51,124 bases of DNA from a virus, in the IMG/VR virus record IMGVR_UViG_3300048851_000137, positions 1 through 51,124 of that record, one strand, 5' to 3'. A model generated the notes under the pieces. The model was not told the DNA's origin and searched no databases. It was given only the letters and a program-made list of their open reading frames with translations. Numbering within the stretch: position 1 is the stretch's first letter; each line of letters starts with the position of its first letter. Positions 45,020-51,124 of this stretch are shown here, one piece after another. The position numbers and the translations under genes are program-made.

Positions 45020-45367
45020 TCAGAAGGTGCCTTGGGCCCGTGCCATGGCGTCGCGCGCAGCGGCCAGGGCGGCAAGCGACTGGTGGCCTTGGCGGAGGGA
45101 AGCCCCGTCACTGGTGTCCATGCCGTCCATCTGCTCCTGGGCCGCCTCAACGCCGGCGCCAAGCTGATCGCAGCACTCCGCCAGGTACTCACGGTACACC
45201 TCTGGGTCCAACACGGCCTCGTTGACCCATTGAGCAATAATGGCCTCTGCCTCACGGGCGACGCGGGCGGGTGATCCGCCCTTAGCCACCAAATCGGCGA
45301 TGCGTGTCAGGGCCGCGACGTGCGCGGCAGGCGGAGATGCGGGACGGGCGGAAGACTTTTTGGCCAT
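45020..45367 (-). CDS. Hypothetical protein (115 aa), first gene downstream of the SOS box on the minus strand
   Basis: ATG 45367 with GAGG 7 nt upstream. The SOS-box-like site lies 37 nt upstream. Confidence 0.55.
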   Translation of the reverse strand: MAKKSSARPASPPAAHVAALTRIADLVAKGGSPARVAREAEAIIAQWVNEAVLDPEVYREYLAECCDQLGAGVEAAQEQMDGMDTSDGASLRQGHQSLAALAAARDAMARAQGTF

Positions 45368-45403
45368 CTGGACCTCGGCAGGACTTCCAACACGCTAAGG
45401 CGT

Positions 45404-45418
45404 GAACGTAAAGAGAAC
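45404..45418. promoter_or_regulatory. Alphaproteobacterial-type LexA (SOS) box GAAC-N7-GAAC
   Basis: GAACGTAAAGAGAAC is read directly. It lies in the 94-nt divergent intergenic region between 45367 (minus) and 45462 (plus). Confidence 0.6.
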
Positions 45419-45461
45419 AAGACTGATTTAACGTCCGGCCGAGACCTGATAGCCAAGTTTC

Positions 45462-46127
45462 ATGCGGGCCTCCTCCTCCGACGCTATGACCCGTCTGCGC
45501 GACCAGATCGCGCGGATTGAACGTAACTGGGTCGACGCCGCAGTGCCGGTCCTGCCGATCGCGCCGTCGATCGACAGCACCTTGCCTGCCGGCGGCCTGG
45601 TGCTCGGCGCCCTGCACGACATCATGGCGCCCTCCGAAGCGGCCATGACCTCGGCCCTAGGCTTCTGCGCCGTGCTGCTGGCGCGCAGCACCGGCGCCGT
45701 CATCTGGATCGAGGCGGCGCCCCACGCCTATGCGCCGGGGCTTCGGCGCTTTGGTCTGGAACCGGACAGACTGATCTTCGCGCCCGCCCCTGCCCTGCCC
45801 GATGCGCTTTGGGCCATGGAGGAGAGCTTGCGCTGTGGTGCGGTCGGCGGCGCATTCCTCTTGCTCGGCAAGCGCCCCCTGGATCTGACCGCAGCGCGCC
45901 GCCTGCAGCTGGCTGCCGAGGCCGGCGGCACCATCGGGCTGATCCTGCGGTTTACCGAACCTGGGCGCAGCGTGGCGCAGACGCGATGGCGCATCAGCCC
46001 CCTGCCCTCCCCGGGCGGCGAGGCCTGCTGGCAGATCGATCTGGAGCACAGCCGGCACGGGCGACCGCAGAGCTGGCGGATGCAGTGGGATCGGGAGGCG
46101 CGGCAGCTGCTGGAGCAGGCAGATTGA
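45462..46127 (+). CDS. imuA: ImuA-like (SulA/RecA-fold, SOS mutagenesis cassette) protein, orphan
   Basis: LRDQIARIE...LPIAPSIDSTLPAGGLVLGALHDI...VIWIEAAPHAYAPGLRRFGLEPDRLIFA...AMEESLRCGAVGGAFLLL...LTAARRLQLAAEAGGTIGLILR...TRWRISPLPS matches the ImuA pattern of alphaproteobacteria as I recall it. The alternative start is ATG 45486. Confidence 0.7.
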   Translation: MRASSSDAMTRLRDQIARIERNWVDAAVPVLPIAPSIDSTLPAGGLVLGALHDIMAPSEAAMTSALGFCAVLLARSTGAVIWIEAAPHAYAPGLRRFGLEPDRLIFAPAPALPDALWAMEESLRCGAVGGAFLLLGKRPLDLTAARRLQLAAEAGGTIGLILRFTEPGRSVAQTRWRISPLPSPGGEACWQIDLEHSRHGRPQSWRMQWDREARQLLEQAD

Positions 46128-46223
46128 CCGGCTGCCACGCCCGATAACTCCTCAACAGGGTGCCTGGCTGATAGTAGCTGCTTTCCGCCTGTTCATTTTT
46201 GAAGTCTCGGCCACGGCCTCCGC

Positions 46224-48644
46224 TCAAGGTGCGTGTTCCCGCGTCCGGACTTCCGACTGTAAAGAGGCTGGTTGCGGACGGCCGAAAAGGTAGCCCTGAG
46301 CCTCATTGCAGCCAACTGCCGCCAGAATCTGGCACTGCTCCTCCGTCTCCACCCCTTCTGCCGTTGTTTCCATATCCAGCGCTCTACAAAGAGCAATTAC
46401 GGATCGAACAATCGCGTCGCTTTCCTTACGCTTTCCCAAGCTCTGGACGAAGCTCTTGTCGATTTTGACCCGGTCGAATGGAAAACGCTGAAGATAACTT
46501 AGTGACGAATATCCCGTACCGAAATCGTCCAGTGCAATGCTAATGCCTAAAGTCCGGAGACGGTGCAGCATCGTAAGCGTAGCCTCGGTATCCCTGAGCA
46601 GGGCGGTCTCAGTGATTTCGAGCTCCAGTCGGCTGACGTCCAGACCCGACGCTTGAAGCGCCGATACGACGACCGCAACTAGCCCACTGCTGGTAAACTG
46701 CACCGGAGAAAGATTGACAGCGATTTTCGTGTGTCCAGGCCAAAGTGCCGCATCGACGCAGGCACGATTAAGGACCCATTCACCGAGGGGCACGATCAGG
46801 CCAGTCTCTTCTGCCAATGCGATAAAGCGATCAGGCATGATCAGGCCCTGATCAGGGTGGCGCCAGCGCAGCAGCGCTTCGTAACCTGTAATGACGTGCG
46901 TTTCGATATCGACCTTCGGCTGGTAGAAGAGCTCAAACTCGTCGGCGTCGATCGCGCGACGGAGGTCACTCAGCAGAGTGCGCCGCATCTGTGCGTGAGC
47001 ATTCATCTCGGGTTCGAAGAACCTGAAGCAGCCGCGCCCGTCTGACTTCGCGCGATATAATGCCAGATCAGCGTTCTTCAGTAATTCGCTGGTGTCGCAT
47101 CCGTCGCCCGGCGCGACGGCAATACCGATGCTGGTGCCTATGATCATGTGATGCCCCTCTATGTTGAAGGGTGCCGCGAGTGCTTCCACAAGGCGCTGGG
47201 CAAACCTTGCCGTATCGCCCGGCTGTTGGCCTAAGCCCTCCTGGAGGATGGCAAACTCATCACCGCCAAGCCTTGCGATCGTGTCCCCTGTGCGTGTTTG
47301 TGCTTGCAACCGCTCAGTAACGGCCTGCAATAGCGCATCGCCAGTTGCGTGCCCCAAGGTGTCGTTTACGTCCTTGAAGTGATCGAGGTCGAGACATAGC
47401 ACCGCGTAGGCATCGTCATTCTTTGTCCGGGTGATAGCCTGGTTGAGCCTTTTTTGGAGCAGCGTGCGGTTGGCCAGTCCGGTTAAAGCGTCATGATGGG
47501 CTAGATGCGAGATCGTCGCCTCACTACGCCGTTGCTCCTCCAGGACATTCACTGCGAGACGCGCCTTCTCCAACAAGTCGCGGTTGGCTAGATGCCGTAT
47601 ACCCAACACGACAAAGCTGATCAGAGATCCCGCAATCAGCAACAGCGCACATGCAGTAAAAACCGCCTGCCGTCGCCACAAGGCGAGTACATCGGCCTTG
47701 GTGCGGGAGACCGTCGCCGCGACGGGATAGTTTACCAGAGCCTGCGCTGCAATGATGCGGGTGTAGCCGTCGACGGCGCTGATGCCCTCTGCTGTACCGC
47801 TATCCGAGTTCGCCAATACGTCCTGGAAGATCAAACTGCCGGATGCAGCCTGTCGGCCGATTGTGGCAGCAGCCTCGGGATACCGAGCTAGCAGAACACC
47901 GTCCCGCCGCCATATGGCGATGGCACTGGCTGGAGCCAGCGCAAGGCGCGCGAGAAAAGCTTCCATATGGGCAAGGCCGATCCCTGCCCCTACGATTCCG
48001 AGGAAGCGACCGTCTGCGGCGGTGACGCGTCGCGTCAGATAGAAGTTCCAGGTGCCGGTCTGGAAATTACGTGCCGGCGGCGCGAGGTAGCTCGTTAGCT
48101 TGGGATTGTCGCGGATGGCAGCAAAATGGGGCCGGTCTGCAATTGAAAATATCGCCTGTGGCCATGCCCGCGTTGAGGCGATGGTCTGGCCGACTGCGTT
48201 GGTAAGAAACAGCGCCTCGACATCTGGTAGCGCCGCGACGCGTGCTTGAAGATCCCGATGAGTGGCGTGATCGGTTAAGCGTTCGTTGAACTGCTCCGTG
48301 CTGGCAATCCCCAGGAAGTTCACCTGATCGACCACCCCGTCTTCGAGTAGTTCGATGGATTGCAGGCTATTCTCGGTATAGCGTGCCAAGACCAAGGCCA
48401 GATTCTTGAGTTCCAGCTTGGTGTCGCCGATTGCGCGTTCGTGGAGATGCGCCAGCAAAAGGCTCGCCGCCAAGCAAGACACAGTAAGAGCGAGAGCACC
48501 CGAAAATATCAGCCGCCTGGAGCCACCAGGAAGGGTTCTTGTCCTCCTACCCTTTCGCTCGAGCTTCGCGGCTTTGAAAAGCAACCGTTTTGTTGCAGCA
48601 AGTGCCAGAGATCTAATTGCAGACGTCCGCACTTGGACCCCCAA
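46224..48644 (-). CDS. Membrane sensor diguanylate cyclase/phosphodiesterase (periplasmic Cache-like domain, GGDEF, EAL)
   Basis: Two TM segments flank a ~260-aa loop. RLGGDEFAIL (GGDEF). YEALLRW, DDFGTGYSSL and KIDKSFV (EAL). Lower GC than the phage core. Start uncertain (TTG 48644 or GTG 48632). Confidence 0.88.
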   Translation of the reverse strand: MGVQVRTSAIRSLALAATKRLLFKAAKLERKGRRTRTLPGGSRRLIFSGALALTVSCLAASLLLAHLHERAIGDTKLELKNLALVLARYTENSLQSIELLEDGVVDQVNFLGIASTEQFNERLTDHATHRDLQARVAALPDVEALFLTNAVGQTIASTRAWPQAIFSIADRPHFAAIRDNPKLTSYLAPPARNFQTGTWNFYLTRRVTAADGRFLGIVGAGIGLAHMEAFLARLALAPASAIAIWRRDGVLLARYPEAAATIGRQAASGSLIFQDVLANSDSGTAEGISAVDGYTRIIAAQALVNYPVAATVSRTKADVLALWRRQAVFTACALLLIAGSLISFVVLGIRHLANRDLLEKARLAVNVLEEQRRSEATISHLAHHDALTGLANRTLLQKRLNQAITRTKNDDAYAVLCLDLDHFKDVNDTLGHATGDALLQAVTERLQAQTRTGDTIARLGGDEFAILQEGLGQQPGDTARFAQRLVEALAAPFNIEGHHMIIGTSIGIAVAPGDGCDTSELLKNADLALYRAKSDGRGCFRFFEPEMNAHAQMRRTLLSDLRRAIDADEFELFYQPKVDIETHVITGYEALLRWRHPDQGLIMPDRFIALAEETGLIVPLGEWVLNRACVDAALWPGHTKIAVNLSPVQFTSSGLVAVVVSALQASGLDVSRLELEITETALLRDTEATLTMLHRLRTLGISIALDDFGTGYSSLSYLQRFPFDRVKIDKSFVQSLGKRKESDAIVRSVIALCRALDMETTAEGVETEEQCQILAAVGCNEAQGYLFGRPQPASLQSEVRTREHAP

Positions 48645-49040
48645 AAACTCAACTATTCCGCATGATAGTTTAGTAACGCGTAAAATTCCACTTACAAGTT
48701 TTCAGCGTGGGGTTTCGGTTTGTAATTGCTAGATACTTAGCCACTCCGCACCACTGATACTCGGCTTGAAGTGCGCCGAGGTGAGGTGCTTTTGTGCTAC
48801 AAACTGCTCGCCAAGGGGCATTGAAGCTCCCACCGAGGCCCGATAATCCCCTCTTATCGTGCTCAAGATCCTCGTGTCGCCTAATCACCACAAGTGACTG
48901 CAGCTGTCAGCTATCGCTGTATCGCCATAATGCGGGCGCCGATGCGGCTTTTGTGGCTGAGCGGCCAGCTGGAATGGCAGGATGTGCCCGAGAGAAGCTG
49001 AGACAGTCCGCGCAACATCAGCGCTTCCTGCACCGGCTTT

Positions 49041-49775
49041 TCAAGGCGGGGATAATCCCTCGCCCGTCGCAATACCCAGCGGCACCTCAAAGCGGCGGCG
49101 GGCCAGCGCGTAGCATTCGCAGGCGGCGTTCTCGAGCCCCTGGCGGTCCGTGATGGTGATGGTGCCCCGTCCAGTGCGGATATGGCCACCCTGCTGCAGC
49201 CGGCCCAAGGCGATGCTGGCGCCAGGACGGTGGACGCAAAGCATCATAGCCAGGATGTCATGGGTTATCGGCACATCATCGCTCTCCGCGCGATCATGTG
49301 CCATCAGGAGCCAGCGGGCCAGGCGCCGTTCCAGCACATGCCGGCCATTGCAGACGGCGGTCTGCGCGACCTCCTCGTTGACGGCCAGGGCATAGCGTAG
49401 CAGCAGGGCACGAAGGCTGGGACAGCGCTCCAGCGCATTGCGGAACGCCTCCGCGTTCATCCGCAGCGCGGTGCCCGGACCCTGCACGAGGCCCTCGGTC
49501 GAGCTGATATCCCCACCAAAGAGCAGGGGCAGGCCGATCATGCCCTCCTGACCGGCATGCCCGACCTCGGCCGTGCCACCATCCGCGAGCAGGTGGATCA
49601 GCGAGACCCACCCACTCTCGGGGAAATACACGGCGGTGATCGGCTGCTCTGCTGGTTGGAGAACCTGGCGAAAAGTAAGCTCAACCCGCTCCATCTGCGG
49701 CAGCAGCATGCTCAGCTCAGCAGGCGGCAAACTGGCCAGCAGGTGACTATGGTGCAGGACTTGCAGGTTGGCCAT
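49041..49775 (-). CDS. Crp/Fnr-family transcriptional regulator, paralogue 3 of 4
   Basis: 244 aa from ATG 49775 (MANLQVLHH...). HTH is CVHRPGASIALGRLQQGGHIRTGRGTITITDRQGLE. Confidence 0.8.
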   Translation of the reverse strand: MANLQVLHHSHLLASLPPAELSMLLPQMERVELTFRQVLQPAEQPITAVYFPESGWVSLIHLLADGGTAEVGHAGQEGMIGLPLLFGGDISSTEGLVQGPGTALRMNAEAFRNALERCPSLRALLLRYALAVNEEVAQTAVCNGRHVLERRLARWLLMAHDRAESDDVPITHDILAMMLCVHRPGASIALGRLQQGGHIRTGRGTITITDRQGLENAACECYALARRRFEVPLGIATGEGLSPP

Positions 49776-50004
49776 GGGGCCTCCCGGTCGACGGTGTCGG
49801 CGGGAGTACCCCACTCTCTGTCGCCTGCGCCGGAAGGTCGCTGCAGGCGATCCTGCCTGTTAACAGAGGGCCAATGCCTGCTCGGTACGTTATCGTACGC
49901 CGGAGGCGGTTCGGGTATGAATAGGCACGTAGGTCCACGAATTATCGGCCCGTCCCCCACAGGTCGGCCTTTGCCTTACGCGTTTCCGAATTGCGGCTTA
50001 TCGC

Positions 50005-50733
50005 TTAGCCCTTCGCAATACCGAGCAGGGTCTCAAAGCGGCGCCGGACCGTGCCGTAGCACTCGCAGGTGGCCTCCTCGAGCCCCTGGCGATCGGTGAT
50101 CGTGATGCTGCCTCGGTTCGCGCGGATATGACCCGCCTTCTGGAAATGCCCGACGGCGATGGTGACGCCGGAGCGCTGGACACACAGCATCATCGCCAGG
50201 AATTCCTGGGTCATCGGGACTTCGTCCCCATCCGCGCGGTCATGCGCCATCAGCAGCCAGCGCGCCAGCCGCTGCTGCAGCACATGCCGGCCGTTGCAGG
50301 CGGCGGTCTGCGCCACCTCCTCATTGAAGGCCAGGGCATAGCGCAGCAGCAGTGCCTGGAAATCCGGGCAGCGCTCCAGCCCATAACGGAAAGCCTCCGC
50401 GCTCATGCGCAGGGCGGTTCCCGGGGCCTGCACCAAGCCTTCGGACGTTGCCGTATCCACCCCAAAGAGCAAGGGGAGCCCCAGCATACCCTCTCTGCCG
50501 GCATGCCCAACCTCGGCCGCGCCACCATCGGCGAGCAGGTTGATGATCGAGACCCATCCCGCCTCCGGGAAATGGACGCTGGTGATCGGCTGTTCCGGGC
50601 GCTGAAGAACCTGCCGCAAGGTCAGTTCGACCCGCTCCATGCGCGGTAGCAGAATGGCCAGTTCACGGGATGGCAAGGCAGCCAGCAGGAGGTTGCTCGG
50701 CTGTGCAGGGTGCAGATCAAGGACATTGGACAT
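50005..50733 (-). CDS. Crp/Fnr-family transcriptional regulator, paralogue 4 of 4
   Basis: 242 aa from ATG 50733 (MSNVLDLHPAQ..., same N-terminus as paralogue 2). HTH is CVQRSGVTIAVGHFQKAGHIRANRGSITITDRQGLE. Confidence 0.8.
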   Translation of the reverse strand: MSNVLDLHPAQPSNLLLAALPSRELAILLPRMERVELTLRQVLQRPEQPITSVHFPEAGWVSIINLLADGGAAEVGHAGREGMLGLPLLFGVDTATSEGLVQAPGTALRMSAEAFRYGLERCPDFQALLLRYALAFNEEVAQTAACNGRHVLQQRLARWLLMAHDRADGDEVPMTQEFLAMMLCVQRSGVTIAVGHFQKAGHIRANRGSITITDRQGLEEATCECYGTVRRRFETLLGIAKG

Positions 50734-50971
50734 GGGGAGCATTCCAGTCGACGGTGTCGGCGGGAGCGCTCTACTCTCAGTCGCCTGCGCCGGATTGGTC
50801 GCTGCAAGCGATCCTGCCTGTTAACACAGGGCCAATGCCTGCTCGGTACGTTACCGTACGCCCGAGGCAGTTCGGGTATGAACAGGCACGCAGGCGCCCC
50901 CTTATCGGGCCCAGTATAGCTTTGTGGGTGCATGCCTGATTTGGCTTCTGCCTCAGGCACACAGCGAGCTG

Positions 50972-51124
50972 TCAGTGATGCGTCCGAGAATAGGTGGAGG
51001 GACGCCCTACCTTTGCGGCTGAATGCAATTCCGCTTCTTCAAAACGGATGGCGGCTGCCCGATAGACGGCTGCCAACTTTGAATAGGCCTCTCGGCATGC
51101 GATGGATGCCGGTACTCCAGCTTC
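50972..51124 (-). CDS. C-terminal part of the junction-spanning 91-aa hypothetical ORF (51052-51124 duplicates 1-73)
   Basis: Manual translation continues ...AAIRFEEAELHSAAKVGRPSTYSRTHH, with TGA stop at 50974-50972. Confidence 0.4.
   Translation of the reverse strand, partial: EAGVPASIACREAYSKLAAVYRAAAIRFEEAELHSAAKVGRPSTYSRTHH
51052..51124. repeat. Terminal overlap copy 2 (identical to 1-73)
   Basis: Same 73-nt string as positions 1-73. Confidence 0.95.

Larger units (their letters stand above)
1..51124. mobile_element. Complete circular temperate siphovirus-like genome with plasmid-type partition locus (phage-plasmid candidate); unit length 51,051 bp
   Basis: Identical 73-nt window ends. 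Full lambda-like head, tail, lysis, CI/Cro and replication modules. ParA/RHH/centromere repeats present. No tyrosine integrase or credible active serine integrase in any frame. Confidence 0.75.

Noticed and set aside
49884-50860. GTACG-N4-CGTAC repeats in Crp leaders 3 and 4 as additional CI operators
   Set aside because: The GTAC cores are 10 bp apart rather than 11, the flanks differ from GGTACCCTGA(A/G)GGTACA, and the motif is absent or degenerate in leaders 1 and 2.
1-51124. tRNA, rRNA, CRISPR array, reverse transcriptase/retron or DGR elements
   Set aside because: None was recognised while reading the intergenic regions or the ORF translations. There are no spacer-repeat periodicity, no YxDD-type RT motifs and no cloverleaf-like segments. 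tRNAscan/Infernal were not run, so small RNAs cannot be excluded.

Overview
The first 73 nt (1-73) recur exactly at 51052-51124, so the window is one complete circular replicon of 51,051 bp read with a short overlap. It is a high-GC temperate lambda-like siphovirus genome. The head genes are lambda-type: Nu1/gpA-type terminase, gpW, gpB-type portal, S49 gpC-type protease, gpD-type decoration protein and gpE-type capsid. It also has G/G-T frameshifted tail chaperones, a 1453-aa tape measure, a tail fibre with an SGNH-esterase domain, a GH108 endolysin, a CI/Cro-type switch with GGTACC-type operators, and a DnaB-based replication module. No integrase is present. Instead a type Ib partition locus (ParA, a ribbon-helix-helix protein and CCGATATGTCGGATA centromere-like repeats) sits next to a winged-helix Rep-like gene, which is a phage-plasmid architecture. 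Accessory content includes four paralogous Crp/Fnr-type regulator modules with conserved leaders around the circular junction and a DUF6894-like gene. A visibly AT-richer island (5.9-8.6 kb) carries a TIGR02391/Ymh-like protein, a cytoplasmic trypsin-like protease and an active-site-degenerate serine-recombinase homologue; this is my best candidate for an undescribed defence-type module. Other cargo is an orphan receiver domain, a sensor-GGDEF-EAL protein, an IS110 C-terminal-domain-only protein, and an orphan imuA-like gene behind an alphaproteobacterial-type SOS box. All calls come from reading translations and motifs by eye; no database search or computation beyond hand counting was done.
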